This document shows, piece by piece, positions 19,563 to 29,768 of a DNA stretch of 64,000 nt. The position numbers were made by a program, and so were the translations under genes. The notes beneath the pieces are model-generated. The model searched no databases and was not told the DNA's origin. It saw nothing but the letters and a program-made list of their open reading frames with translations. How positions within the stretch are numbered: the stretch's first letter is position 1; every line of letters begins with the position of its first letter. This DNA is from a virus: positions 96,001 to 160,000 of the IMG/VR virus record IMGVR_UViG_3300033233_000004; one strand, 5' to 3'.

Positions 19563-20591
19563 TCAGTTCACGTTGATATTGCTGATTGGACGTTTGTCGT
19601 CAGCTAATACCAGTGCATGGTTGAATGCCAGTTGCTTCTTTTGGTAACCAGTACCAAAAAGTAAGCTATCTGCACGAGCATCAAGAGTTTTGAATGTAGT
19701 CTCGTGGTCGATGAATTCAGCTACAGCATTGAAGGCTCCCCAAACAGTTCCTTTCGCTGTTTCCAACTGAGCACCGTGCCCAACTTCAACAAGTTGAAGA
19801 ACCTTGTCTCTTTTCTCTTGAACACGCCCTTTAATGAGGTCAGATGCTTCTTTCTTGATGGGAAGAAGTGTGTTTACATATCGAAGAAGTTCGTCTGGTG
19901 TAATTTTGGCAAGAGCCATCTTGTTGAAAACTTTGCCAATCTCCATATTGTATTGATTGACCAGACCCATCAAACGAGACGCTTCTTCCATACGTCCTTC
20001 CGCAGAAGCTGTATGACGTATGGAAACCTGTGAGAAATTATTATTCAACGCCATATTAAGAGTGTTATTGCATACTACTCTTATTGGCGTGAGCATTGCA
20101 AGAAGAGATGAGGTTCCATCATGCCAATTCGCTAACAACATGTATGGACGAATCTTATCATCTTCATGACCAAGAATCTTGATAAAGTCAGGAAGAACTG
20201 CCAACAAGAAGATTGCACGTCCCTGCTTCAGGATACCAGCCGTCTCGTAGATAGCTTCGCCCTTACCGACCACATTGTCGAAAAACTTGAAGGCATCGAC
20301 ATTCTGGATAGGCGTGTAATTACGACCAACCCGCCCACACAGAATTGACTCGGTACCATCTTGATTAATACGGACGTTGGAAAAGGAGTCGCTGAGAGCG
20401 ATAGTTTCAATGCGCCCGCGCTCTCGTTTGAGAAATGTGGTGTTCTGTCGTTTCTCGACCTTGAAGTTGAAATTGGGAACGTACTGAATTATCTCTTCCG
20501 AGGTAATCAGTTGTTGTGGGAGAACGGTTGCGATACCATGCCACGGTACCAGACCTTTTGTGCTGACCATATTCTCGATTTTGTGTGCCAT
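19563..20591 (-). CDS. DUF932/DUF945 family phage-plasmid protein
   Basis: MAHKIE...PWHGI...YTPIQN...ETAG...NWHDG...TPIRVVCNNTL...GTVWGAFNAVAEF. Confidence 0.85.
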   Translation of the reverse strand: MAHKIENMVSTKGLVPWHGIATVLPQQLITSEEIIQYVPNFNFKVEKRQNTTFLKRERGRIETIALSDSFSNVRINQDGTESILCGRVGRNYTPIQNVDAFKFFDNVVGKGEAIYETAGILKQGRAIFLLAVLPDFIKILGHEDDKIRPYMLLANWHDGTSSLLAMLTPIRVVCNNTLNMALNNNFSQVSIRHTASAEGRMEEASRLMGLVNQYNMEIGKVFNKMALAKITPDELLRYVNTLLPIKKEASDLIKGRVQEKRDKVLQLVEVGHGAQLETAKGTVWGAFNAVAEFIDHETTFKTLDARADSLLFGTGYQKKQLAFNHALVLADDKRPISNINVN

Positions 20592-20597
20592 AATAGA

Positions 20598-20669
20598 ATC
20601 TCCTTTTTGAGTGATTGGATGACAACTTTTGACACATTCAATATACTACATAGAAATTTAAAAGTCAAG
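20598..20669 (-). repeat. 72-bp exact repeat, copy 1 (promoter + 5'UTR + SD)
   Basis: Identical to 52637-52708; contains TTGACT-17-TATATT (20640-20668) and AAGGAG. Confidence 0.9.
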
Positions 20670-21411
20670 TAGCTATATGAAAATTCTTTACATTTTCTTC
20701 TGGAATAGTTATATCAGTAAAAAGACCAGTTTCTGTATCAAATTCAAGAAATGTATACTCACTTTGCAGACAGTCAATATTGTAATTATTACCGATGGAA
20801 CGTATCCCGTTTGTAATACCATCTCGCGCTGCATCCTTATGTATGTCTATCCACAATGTGTGCCCAAATACTTGCTTCAGTCCTTCTACAGGTTCGAAAT
20901 CTAAATTATAATCACACCAAAGTATTCCAGAACATGGTCTTCTACCGCCCCTCGATTGACCAATCCAATGAATCGGAGATTCTACTGGTGTCGATGACCA
21001 TGTAGTCAGGGTTTCTTCTACTTTGTCTAATGTCAAACCTACATTATCCCATAACCCTTTTGAAAGACCTGCATGTGTTACCAATAATTGATGGTCTTTC
21101 AAATAGAGAAAATATTTTGATCGAGCTTTAATAGCATCGTAATATGGTTGTAATAAATAATCTGTTTCTGGATTCCAACCAGAAGCTCTCATGTGTTGAT
21201 ATAAATACGATTCCTCGTGATTACCTCTGATTAAACCACAATCACTACTCAGAATTAAACGCATACATTCAACTTGATCTCTTGGTGTGAATTTAAACGA
21301 ATCCATAATATCACCAACAAAACAAAGTTGATATTGCGAGAAATTTCCAAGTAAGAATTGAACCAACTTTAAATCACCGTGGATATCGCCTATGAACAAA
21401 TACTTACTCAT
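20665..21411 (-). CDS. Metallophosphoesterase
   Basis: IGDIHG, GDIMDS, GNHE, THAG, QVFGHT. Confidence 0.85.
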   Translation of the reverse strand: MSKYLFIGDIHGDLKLVQFLLGNFSQYQLCFVGDIMDSFKFTPRDQVECMRLILSSDCGLIRGNHEESYLYQHMRASGWNPETDYLLQPYYDAIKARSKYFLYLKDHQLLVTHAGLSKGLWDNVGLTLDKVEETLTTWSSTPVESPIHWIGQSRGGRRPCSGILWCDYNLDFEPVEGLKQVFGHTLWIDIHKDAARDGITNGIRSIGNNYNIDCLQSEYTFLEFDTETGLFTDITIPEENVKNFHIAT

Positions 21412-21671
21412 TCTTCAAGAGAGCCTATTATGATATTTCGTTTGCGAACAATATCAAAAGCTTCATCTACGTCTACAACCATTTCGGTTTTGATATCTGC
21501 TGGTTTATTTAATGAATATTGCCATTCATCTTTACCAGTCCCTTTACTCTTTTTACAAAAGACAAAGGCTCGGTCATCCTGTTTATGTGTTGCCGCAGGA
21601 AGTGTAAATCCTGTTTCAAATTGAACCTCGTTCATAATATGCCTTATTGATTTGTTATTGAATTCACACAC
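21408..21671 (-). CDS. Hypothetical protein
   Basis: Packed ORF, ATGA overlap. Confidence 0.5.
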   Translation of the reverse strand: MCEFNNKSIRHIMNEVQFETGFTLPAATHKQDDRAFVFCKKSKGTGKDEWQYSLNKPADIKTEMVVDVDEAFDIVRKRNIIIGSLEE

Positions 21672-22462
21672 ATATCAGTATAATAAGTTCCAGCCATAAG
21701 TTGTATCAGTAATTTATCTATAGCTTCTCTATCTGGCTGTGTAGGTAGAGTAGATGCTAACCAAGCTGATGTTAATTCTTTTTGTAAACCTTCTGCCATA
21801 TCCTGAATAGCAGATAGTGAATATTTCCCACGCTTGATCTCTGTAAGATAATCTGCATCTATATTGGTACGATCACAAATTATTTCACCAGTCCTTAAGA
21901 ACTCAGTCCCTTGTCTCAATAACAAAATGAGACTACTGGCATTCTTTGTATCATAGCCGAAGTTATCCACCATCTCTTTGCGCTTGGCACCCATATCACG
22001 TGTATGTCCACCATTCTTCATACGATGTAATTGACCAAGAGCATATTTTCCAAATGATTCATAAGCTAATTTGCTACTAAAGAGATGTCGATTAGATCGA
22101 AGTAATTGATATTGCCATTTACGAGTAATAATTTTGTTATCTGGTATCCAAAGTATTTCCATCAAATTTGGATTACATTTAAGCATTAGTCGAACTACTT
22201 TATCCATACTATAAACAATGACATCCCAATCACCATCTTCCTCTGATGATTGATGTTCAAATTGTTCCCATTTATCAGGCGGCGCATTATTCAAACCTAT
22301 GATATGTGTCAAAGGCGGTGTAACAAAACCAATAAGGTCATTATCGGAAAGACCTTGGATATAGGTACCATGAAGCATACTTCCTCTATACGCCAAGAAA
22401 ACCGTGTTAGGAAGTAAATCAAACCGTGTTTCTCGACCAAAGAGTTCAGGTATTTGTATCAT
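21644..22462 (-). CDS. Pol-beta-family nucleotidyltransferase (RlaP/YcgL-like)
   Basis: RGSMLHGT...SDNDLIG, KCNPNLMEILW, GYDTKNAS, EIKRG; start at MIQIPEL. Confidence 0.8.
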   Translation of the reverse strand: MIQIPELFGRETRFDLLPNTVFLAYRGSMLHGTYIQGLSDNDLIGFVTPPLTHIIGLNNAPPDKWEQFEHQSSEEDGDWDVIVYSMDKVVRLMLKCNPNLMEILWIPDNKIITRKWQYQLLRSNRHLFSSKLAYESFGKYALGQLHRMKNGGHTRDMGAKRKEMVDNFGYDTKNASSLILLLRQGTEFLRTGEIICDRTNIDADYLTEIKRGKYSLSAIQDMAEGLQKELTSAWLASTLPTQPDREAIDKLLIQLMAGTYYTDMCVNSITNQ

Positions 22463-23780
22463 ACTTAACCTTTTTTCTTTCCCAATAGCGTTTGATTGCC
22501 AATAGTTCACATTTCTTGGTAAATTGTGCACCCGTTTCACCTTCAGAGGCATTCACAAGTGGTAAAATCTCTGTTAGTGGGTCAAACTCGGTGAGAATAC
22601 GATTTGCAATCATTGTTCTACCAGTCGCATCTGGTGAAATAAATTCAACCAATTTATCAATTCTACCCGGTCTTGTACTTTCACCTTGTTTATTCAATAT
22701 ACCTAAAGCCGAATCAATTCTCGAAATATCATTTGCTGTTATAAATGTTAAAACTCCATTCGATTGTTCAACACCAGAAATACAGTTGAGTAAACTATCA
22801 AGGGTCATAGCATTTTGGTTCATTTTATGTCCAACATTGAAATTACCATCCTTGTCAAACAGACGGTCGATATCTTCAAATAAAGCAACACACGGAGCAT
22901 GTTCAAGCATGTATTGCCAATTTTTTACTAAATCCTGATTATTCATTGAATTTAAATCAAAAGAAAAAATGGGTATATCCAATAATTGTGCAATGGCTCT
23001 AATGAAACTTGATTTACCAGTGCCAGCAGACCCATATGCGCAAACTCCAAATCGCCAATCAAGTCCGTGGTCTAAATACCACTGTTCAGATTCTTTCCAT
23101 TGTTGTAATAATACTTTCATCTCTTCTAATGAGTTATTCAAAGCCAAATATTCAAATGGCTTTTTTGAAGTTGGTGCACCAAGGTCAGAAAGCGTATATT
23201 TTAACGGACGAATACCAGTTTCGAGTTCTGCGAATGACTTTATATTACGTTCGTCGCCGGATGATGGAGCGGTAGTTTTATTACCTTGGTCATTTCTTAA
23301 TTGGAGAATTGAACCAAACAACTTTTCAATTCTAAATCTTGTTTTCCCGTTAGCATTTTGTTTACGATGATTATATTCATCTATAGCATTAATCAATAAC
23401 TCTTCTGTATTAAACAAGCCGCGTACAAATGATATAGTAAGCATATTATTTGGGTCTCCATTATTATTAAATCCTTGAGAAACGAATAATGGTTTCCAAC
23501 CTTTGAAAAATGTTAGTGCTTTACCTGAGCTTTCAAAAGGCACAGATTCATAACGATTACTTGGTTTAACAAATATATCTATGGCAATGTATCGTTTTTT
23601 TCCAATACGACTCGTTTTGAAATTACGCCATAGATATCCCATTGTTGCTTCTGCTATTGTTCCATGTATCTCAAATGAAACAACAACATATGAAGTTAGC
23701 CGTTGAAGAAAACCACGTATTTGATTCCACATTGCGATAATTGCAGCAATAGGGCCGAAGGTCATTAGATCAGCCATCAT
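22446..23780 (-). CDS. BCS1-like AAA+ ATPase
   Basis: WYLDHGLDWRFG, GSAGTGKS, LFEDID, LLNCISG, RPGRID. Confidence 0.85.
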   Translation of the reverse strand: MMADLMTFGPIAAIIAMWNQIRGFLQRLTSYVVVSFEIHGTIAEATMGYLWRNFKTSRIGKKRYIAIDIFVKPSNRYESVPFESSGKALTFFKGWKPLFVSQGFNNNGDPNNMLTISFVRGLFNTEELLINAIDEYNHRKQNANGKTRFRIEKLFGSILQLRNDQGNKTTAPSSGDERNIKSFAELETGIRPLKYTLSDLGAPTSKKPFEYLALNNSLEEMKVLLQQWKESEQWYLDHGLDWRFGVCAYGSAGTGKSSFIRAIAQLLDIPIFSFDLNSMNNQDLVKNWQYMLEHAPCVALFEDIDRLFDKDGNFNVGHKMNQNAMTLDSLLNCISGVEQSNGVLTFITANDISRIDSALGILNKQGESTRPGRIDKLVEFISPDATGRTMIANRILTEFDPLTEILPLVNASEGETGAQFTKKCELLAIKRYWERKKVKYDTNT

Positions 23781-23783
23781 GGT

Positions 23784-24047
23784 TTATATTTTCTCCTGCT
23801 GTTTCATTTGGTTGGTTAAATTTTTCAAAAATTCTAAGGGGTATTGTTCCATTGGATGTTCCTTTATATACTCTTCACATTGTACCCATATCCATCCTTT
23901 TCTTGGTCTATAGTGCCGAGTTGTGCCAGTATTTTTTGGGTCAACTTCCAACTTATAGACATAATAGTAATACTCATCTAAGATTTGTTGTAATTCAAAT
24001 AACGCTTTTGATAGTTTGCTGGCAATATTTGATTTGAACTCATCCAT
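23784..24047 (-). CDS. Hypothetical protein
   Basis: Packed ORF. Confidence 0.5.
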   Translation of the reverse strand: MDEFKSNIASKLSKALFELQQILDEYYYYVYKLEVDPKNTGTTRHYRPRKGWIWVQCEEYIKEHPMEQYPLEFLKNLTNQMKQQEKI

Positions 24048-24125
24048 TACATAAGCTTACAAGTAATGAAACAAAGACACCAACTACAAGAAATAATGCA
24101 ACAACCAATATGAGATGTTTGTATT

Positions 24126-24626
24126 TCATCTGCCATGACACTTTTTGAATTTCTTATTTGAGCCGCAATAACATTTTTCATTACGACCGATCTTTCGATT
24201 GATATCGGTAATTAAAATTCCATCAAGATGATTTGTCTCATGTTGATATACTCTGGAATCATCCCCTGTCAGAACACAATGTCCCATAACATCATCACTA
24301 ACTTCAATTTGAGAATATCGTTCTACCCAACAATACACATCAGGTAAAGACAAACAACCTTCTTCTGATGTAATCATCGGACGGTCAAAACGAATAATAG
24401 TCGGATTAGCAACTCGATTCAAGACTTTCTTGGCATCTTCCAATTTGCCAGAAGCTCCCCAATATACAAAAGCTCTTTTCTTGATGCCTATTTGTGGAGC
24501 ACTCAACCCAATTGCATTTTTATGTTTCTTGATTTCTTCTTCCAATTGAGCAAATATAGATTCATATTCTTCTGGATAAATCGGGTCGGACGGCTTATGT
24601 AGTTCGACGAGATCAGTTACTATCAT
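24126..24626 (-). CDS. def: Peptide deformylase with C-terminal SEC-C motif
   Basis: GLSAPQIG, EGCLS, QHETNHLDG; KIGRNEKCYCGSNKKFKKCHG. Confidence 0.9.
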   Translation of the reverse strand: MIVTDLVELHKPSDPIYPEEYESIFAQLEEEIKKHKNAIGLSAPQIGIKKRAFVYWGASGKLEDAKKVLNRVANPTIIRFDRPMITSEEGCLSLPDVYCWVERYSQIEVSDDVMGHCVLTGDDSRVYQHETNHLDGILITDINRKIGRNEKCYCGSNKKFKKCHGR

Positions 24627-24637
24627 GATTACCCTTT

Positions 24638-25330
24638 CTATTTACGTGCATAACGACTCCAAATTTCATAATCCAATTGTGCGGGACTCATCTTGAGATT
24701 ATCCGCACAACGTAAGAACATCTCTTCCCAATATAGATACTTCTTACCTGTTGGCGTTGAAGTTGGTACATCTTCTTTATTATATACCTCTTTGAGAAAT
24801 TTCAAGATGTGTGTGTCAAGTACTGCCAATCGTTGATTAGGTCTGGTGTGGAGAATAAAAAATCGAGCCGTCTTAGCTCCAATGCCATGAATCTTTTCCA
24901 AATCTTCAACCGAACACATCCGTAAATTGATACCAGATCGAACCAATTCTGCATATGATCGTGTAAGTACATCATATCTTCCAAGACTGGCCGTCTTAAG
25001 ATTTCTTCTCAGTGTACGTTTTGCCAGCATACGTCGAACTCTTAAGAAAGGAGATGTCCCTTTTTCCAAAGCAAGAAACTTGTCTATTGCAAGCACAATT
25101 GTTTTTGCTGTCTTACCAGCTACTGCTACAGCAAACAAAATGAACTTCTCAAGTTGTGCATCAGACATCTTCTTATGAGGGTCTGGACTTGCTAAATTGA
25201 ACTCTATATTTACTTTGTGTTTTTGTGGCACTTTTTCTTTCTTTAGTCTGTTTATTTCACCATTTTCTTTGGAACGTTGTTTCCAGTTTTGTTGTCGAAG
25301 AAAGTATAAGTATGAATGTCCACCATCCAA
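24638..25330 (-). CDS. HhH DNA glycosylase (8-oxoG/endonuclease III-like; true start probably further downstream)
   Basis: LEKIHGIGAKTARFF, AVLDTHILK, LDYEIW. Confidence 0.75.
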   Translation of the reverse strand: MDGGHSYLYFLRQQNWKQRSKENGEINRLKKEKVPQKHKVNIEFNLASPDPHKKMSDAQLEKFILFAVAVAGKTAKTIVLAIDKFLALEKGTSPFLRVRRMLAKRTLRRNLKTASLGRYDVLTRSYAELVRSGINLRMCSVEDLEKIHGIGAKTARFFILHTRPNQRLAVLDTHILKFLKEVYNKEDVPTSTPTGKKYLYWEEMFLRCADNLKMSPAQLDYEIWSRYARK

Positions 25331-25407
25331 CCATACCAGTTATACAAAGATATATTCCAAGACCAATTGTGATTATTGAAAACCAATTTATTATAAGTTT
25401 CATATCA

Positions 25408-26103
25408 TTACTCCTCAGTTGTTGGTTTTAACCATAGTTGTGGATAAAGCTTAAAAAGGGTATATGTTAACCGCCCAAACTTATTCAAAGCAAGGAGAGT
25501 CTTATATGAATTTGCTTTGAAGCATTTGGTCAACTCATCACGTACTCGATCTACGGAGACAGTATTCAACTTGTTAATAAGCTTATCATTATAGAGACAT
25601 ACTTCCGTCTCATTCACAATCTGAAAGTCTTTCGTAATAGAGAAGCGAATAGCTCTCAACATACGGAGCGGGTCTTCATTGAAGCGGTCAAATGAATTAC
25701 CAACGCATCGAATAAGACCGACAGTGATAGCTGTACGTCCATTATGAGGATCAATATACTCTCCTGTCTCGACATCTTGAGCAATGGCGTTCATGGTGAA
25801 ATCTCGTCTGGCTAAGTCATCGTAGATGGTACCCACTGTAACATTATCTGGTCGTCTGCCATCTGAATAGAAACCATCCCTGCGACATAATACAAAATCA
25901 GCATCACCCAACTTTGGCATCTTAGCCCGAATGGTCAGATACTGTTCCCGTTCCTGCCATATGGTACCACCATTGGCGAGAATGTAGTCACGCATAGCTT
26001 CATAGCTTGGAGCTTCAACAGCGTAGTCCAAATCTTTACCAATAGATAAACCAAGCAACTGGTCTCGAAGGGTTCCACCAACAAGATAAATTTTGATACT
26101 CAT
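25408..26103 (-). CDS. tRNA nucleotidyltransferase (class II CCA-adding/poly(A) polymerase family)
   Basis: YLVGGTLRD, KDLDY, DDLARRDFTMNA, FNEDPLRMLRAIRF. Confidence 0.9.
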   Translation of the reverse strand: MSIKIYLVGGTLRDQLLGLSIGKDLDYAVEAPSYEAMRDYILANGGTIWQEREQYLTIRAKMPKLGDADFVLCRRDGFYSDGRRPDNVTVGTIYDDLARRDFTMNAIAQDVETGEYIDPHNGRTAITVGLIRCVGNSFDRFNEDPLRMLRAIRFSITKDFQIVNETEVCLYNDKLINKLNTVSVDRVRDELTKCFKANSYKTLLALNKFGRLTYTLFKLYPQLWLKPTTEE

Positions 26104-26121
26104 GAAGTTCCTTTATGACAC

Positions 26122-26150
26122 AATATAACACATGAAAGTGTCAATGTCAA
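26122..26150 (-). promoter_or_regulatory. Sigma70-type early promoter
   Basis: TTGACA-17-TATATT. Confidence 0.7.
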
Positions 26151-26221
26151 GTAAAATTAAAAAAAAACTCAACATCTACAATTTCTTGTAAACATTGAGT
26201 TTAACAATGTTAATAGTTACT

Positions 26222-26884
26222 TTATCTGATTTTTGCACTATCTATATTATTTGCAATTTGTATTTTGGTTAATAATGTTTCAAAAGCCGATACTTGAGCG
26301 GCTACACCATATACGATTTGATTATCTATACCAACAGACTTTTCTATTATACCTATCAATTCGCCGTCAGTATTGAAAACTCCACTACCAGAGGCTCCCG
26401 GTAATATCGCTTGATTAATTGAGAAATGATTAGTATAGATACGATTGATATAACCAGTATTATGATAAAGGTGCAAGTGTGGTACATTTAATGAGTCATA
26501 AAATGTTAAAGGTTGTATCCAATAAATAATTTCACCTAAGTAAACATGTTGATTAACAACAATAGGAGATTTACTTTTACAATATGTACCCTTTAGTAAA
26601 GCTTGGTCTTCAACACTATCAACTACAGATACAACACTATCAATTAATTCATCATTAATTATAGCCCAATGACTACAATTAATTACGACATGTTGTGCTG
26701 TGATAACATATTTGTTTCCTATTTGTACGCCAGACCCAAAGCCGTCATCTGTCCATACAATAACATAACGTGATATCATCTCACGAGTATCAATTCCGTT
26801 TCTATAAAAACAAGAAGAAAGAAACGGAATTATGACAATGAATAGAAATGCTTTCACAAAAAAACGCATGGATTTTTCCTTCAA
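26222..26884 (-). CDS. Trypsin-like serine protease, lipoprotein
   Basis: GSG, ITAQHVV, DQALL, PGASGSGVFN; LSSC lipobox. Confidence 0.85.
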   Translation of the reverse strand: MKEKSMRFFVKAFLFIVIIPFLSSCFYRNGIDTREMISRYVIVWTDDGFGSGVQIGNKYVITAQHVVINCSHWAIINDELIDSVVSVVDSVEDQALLKGTYCKSKSPIVVNQHVYLGEIIYWIQPLTFYDSLNVPHLHLYHNTGYINRIYTNHFSINQAILPGASGSGVFNTDGELIGIIEKSVGIDNQIVYGVAAQVSAFETLLTKIQIANNIDSAKIR

Positions 26885-27333
26885 TATATGAAAATGAATT
26901 TTAACCGATGATACAAACCAGTTGCACCAAGTGGTGGTATAAAGACTTTTGTCTTAGCCATGTGTTGTAATGTTTCATTAGGAAGAATCACAGATTTTAT
27001 AGAAACAAATTGTGGGTCTTGAATATTAATAAATGTATCTACATGACCAATTTGTCCAGTACTCACAAGGTCTGGTCTGTCATTATCATATGCTTGAAGC
27101 GTGAAATATACTTCCAAATAAGGTACAACCCGTAGAGGTATAGTTCCTGTATTTGTAATATCACCGCCCGTAAATACGAAATAACTTAATCCTGTATCGG
27201 TTCTAATATAGAAGCCATAATTAAATTCGTATTGAGGATATACTGAAGTGACGATATCTCCTTTACAACTAAAGAGAGATGTGCAGAGTATAAGTAAGAA
27301 GAAAAAAGAAAAGTATTTGAAAGAAGGATTCAT
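26881..27333 (-). CDS. Putative lipoprotein
   Basis: Hydrophobic N-terminus ending LFSC. Confidence 0.55.
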   Translation of the reverse strand: MNPSFKYFSFFFLLILCTSLFSCKGDIVTSVYPQYEFNYGFYIRTDTGLSYFVFTGGDITNTGTIPLRVVPYLEVYFTLQAYDNDRPDLVSTGQIGHVDTFINIQDPQFVSIKSVILPNETLQHMAKTKVFIPPLGATGLYHRLKFIFIY

Positions 27334-27335
27334 AG

Positions 27336-27421
27336 TACCCTCAGTAGGATTCGAACCTACACGCTACTATTACTTCGCACTGGCTTCTAAGGCCAGCATG
27401 TCTGCATTTCATCATGAGGGC
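27336..27421 (-). tRNA. tRNA-Leu(TAG)
   Basis: Cloverleaf, loop CTTAGAA, long variable arm. Confidence 0.9.
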
Positions 27422-27611
27422 AGTAATAAGTACTATGGTGACATTGCATTTGCAGCGAAGGACTTACTCTTAAAGTTACTGGCGGAAAAAGCACAAGAAG
27501 CAGGCGAAAGTATACCTTCTTGTGTAAGACCAGCAAGTAAACGAGCGGACAATGAACGAACTATACTTGAAGAGCTATCATTTGCTACGCCAGTACACAT
27601 TACAACTATTG

Positions 27612-27684
27612 TCAAGGTGTTGGGAATCGAACCCAAATTATTCCAATTTCCGATACTGGTACCATACCATTAGGCGACACCCTG
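27612..27684 (-). tRNA. tRNA-Pro(CGG)
   Basis: Cloverleaf, loop ATCGGAA. Confidence 0.75.
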
Positions 27685-27756
27685 AAATTTTTGAGGAGTC
27701 ACGGTCGCACACGCTTCGTGCATCCAAGTTAACCGTTTGTGAGTTGACTCCTCATT

Positions 27757-28251
27757 TTATAACTCTCTTCGTACTATTTTATCCGCCGCATAAGATGCAG
27801 CATATGCTTCTGGCTTAGGCGTACATGGAAAACCACAACCTCGAACCCATCCTATTGCCCAATCATACATTTCATTGCTTTTGAATTCTTTCTCTTTGTT
27901 GAAGTCTAAATGCATGTCATACTCCACAATATTTGGTAATTCAAATGTACCAGTATCTCTGAAATAAGTAGCCATCTCAATGATAATTTCAACTTCACGA
28001 CTCAATCGTTTGAAATCATCTCGATGATATTCTCTTGTCATAGTCCCAACAATGTGTGCACCTTTACCATAACGGTAAAGTACAATAGCGATACCAAATT
28101 CTGCCCATCCCGCATCTTTTGGAAGAGAATCACATCCTACCCAAAGAGAAAATGGTTCCTGTCGATACTCAGCAACATATGCTTTAATATATTGTGCCAA
28201 GTCAGTAATATGAACACGAGAGAGACCAGTTGTTCTAAACTTGAAATCCAT
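27757..28251 (-). CDS. RNase H-like YkuK (DUF458) family protein
   Basis: VGCDS, GKGAH, RLSREV, HLDFN, KPEAYAASYAAD. Confidence 0.8.
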   Translation of the reverse strand: MDFKFRTTGLSRVHITDLAQYIKAYVAEYRQEPFSLWVGCDSLPKDAGWAEFGIAIVLYRYGKGAHIVGTMTREYHRDDFKRLSREVEIIIEMATYFRDTGTFELPNIVEYDMHLDFNKEKEFKSNEMYDWAIGWVRGCGFPCTPKPEAYAASYAADKIVRREL

Positions 28252-28291
28252 GTCTATGGTTTCCTTTCTTTGTCAGCGTAACTTATTATTG

Positions 28292-28362
28292 CTGCCCCAC
28301 AGAGATTCGAACTCCGATAAACACCTTCAAAGGGTGCCGTCCTTCCGTTGAACGATGAGGCA
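28292..28362 (-). tRNA. tRNA-Gln(TTG)
   Basis: Cloverleaf, loop CTTTGAA. Confidence 0.9.
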
Positions 28363-28368
28363 ATTATT

Positions 28369-28875
28369 TTACATAAAAATAAATGCTATAACGAATGACA
28401 CAATCAAACCAATTGCTGCTTGAATCAACAAGATTCTTCCAAAAATAGGTGTCACTCTTGTTATCTTTGGTGAAATCTTCTTAAATATGAAATTGTATGC
28501 CTGTAAAAATAATCCAACCAATGTCCACGATGCCCATACAACTTCGTTTCCCAATACTTCCAACATAAATGCAAATTTATGATTGTACCAATTGAATATG
28601 TAGCAGAACAGATAGTAAAGCAAATCTGCCAACCATACATCCCACATGAAAAGAAACAAAATTGCAGGAACCCAACTAAACTGCCACCAAAGTACTGTTG
28701 TAAGAAGTATCTGAAAAATGGTTTGATAGATTCGATATTCATTAACTTCCCATTTAAAAAATGTAACCATAATATTATTTCGCCCAAGTTTGTTATACCC
28801 TATATAATCAAATAAGGCAAACACAAACAATGCTGCAAAAGCTATTAACCATATAATAATCCATGAAAACATCAT
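28369..28875 (-). CDS. Multi-pass membrane protein
   Basis: Hydrophobic segments; start MMFSW after GGAAGG (the ORF-track start overlaps a tRNA). Confidence 0.6.
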   Translation of the reverse strand: MMFSWIIIWLIAFAALFVFALFDYIGYNKLGRNNIMVTFFKWEVNEYRIYQTIFQILLTTVLWWQFSWVPAILFLFMWDVWLADLLYYLFCYIFNWYNHKFAFMLEVLGNEVVWASWTLVGLFLQAYNFIFKKISPKITRVTPIFGRILLIQAAIGLIVSFVIAFIFM

Positions 28876-28889
28876 AGTACCTTCCTTTT

Positions 28890-28965
28890 TGGTGCATCCA
28901 GTAGGAGTCGAACCTACAACCTTTCGATTAAGAATCGAAAGCTCTACCAATTGAGCTATGGATAC
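28890..28965 (-). tRNA. tRNA-Lys(CTT)
   Basis: Cloverleaf with encoded CCA, loop TTCTTAA. Confidence 0.92.
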
Positions 28966-28992
28966 GTATTTTTAAATTCGAACTGTATTTTG

Positions 28993-29064
28993 TGCCGCCA
29001 CTCAGAATCGAACTGAGGCCTCGCTGCTTAAAAGGCAGGTGAGCTACCATTACCCCATGGGGGC
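28993..29064 (-). tRNA. tRNA-Lys(TTT)
   Basis: Cloverleaf, loop CTTTTAA. Confidence 0.8.
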
Positions 29065-29106
29065 GATTTTATTTCATCCCATAAGGCGTTTCATCAATTG
29101 GTGAAA

Positions 29107-29589
29107 CTACTCATTAGGTGAAACTTCAAACGGAGACTCCTGTTTAAGAGCCTCAGTCTGTTTAGAACGTAATTCATCAAGTTCCTGTTTGGATTCTATA
29201 ACTTCTTGTTTCATTGCTTCTACAAGAGTATCCACAAGTGTAGGAGTTAATGCAACAGACTGACCAGATACTTCCGTATTTCGTTCTTGTTCATCCTTAA
29301 CAAACTTATAACACGAAGACAGATTTTTCTTGATTAACTTGGCATTATTCAAATCAGCACGAATATAACTTTCTATCTTTCCATTGAATAAATATTGTGC
29401 TTTAGCACCGTCCATTCCATTCCATATATATCGAACAGAACCATCATTGAAAAATAATGCTAATTCAAATGCAACAGTACCTTCTGGAAGATTCAGAGCT
29501 TTAATATCTTCATTGATATCCGGTCTATTAACCAAACCCATTTCTGCATTAATTTCTTCTGCTGATTTTGTTACTGTATTTTCTTCCAT
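29107..29589 (-). CDS. Hypothetical protein
   Basis: GAGG SD, 160 aa. Confidence 0.65.
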   Translation of the reverse strand: MEENTVTKSAEEINAEMGLVNRPDINEDIKALNLPEGTVAFELALFFNDGSVRYIWNGMDGAKAQYLFNGKIESYIRADLNNAKLIKKNLSSCYKFVKDEQERNTEVSGQSVALTPTLVDTLVEAMKQEVIESKQELDELRSKQTEALKQESPFEVSPNE

Positions 29590-29685
29590 GATATCCTCTT
29601 TGTGTCTGGATATGTCTTGATACTTATGAATTGATTAAATACTGTCTATTTTCTGGACATTTATCTGGACATAATGTCCAAATTG

Positions 29686-29768
29686 CAGATAGTACGAGAC
29701 TTGAACTCGTAATCCCAATTAAGGACACCAATATTCCAAATTGGCTCTTTTCCATTCAGTTACTCTTT
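29686..29768 (-). pseudogene. Degenerate tRNA-Ser(GGA)
   Basis: Intact anticodon arm (TTGGAAT), variable arm and T arm; 5' acceptor strand damaged and overlapped by the HNH-like ORF end. Confidence 0.55.
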
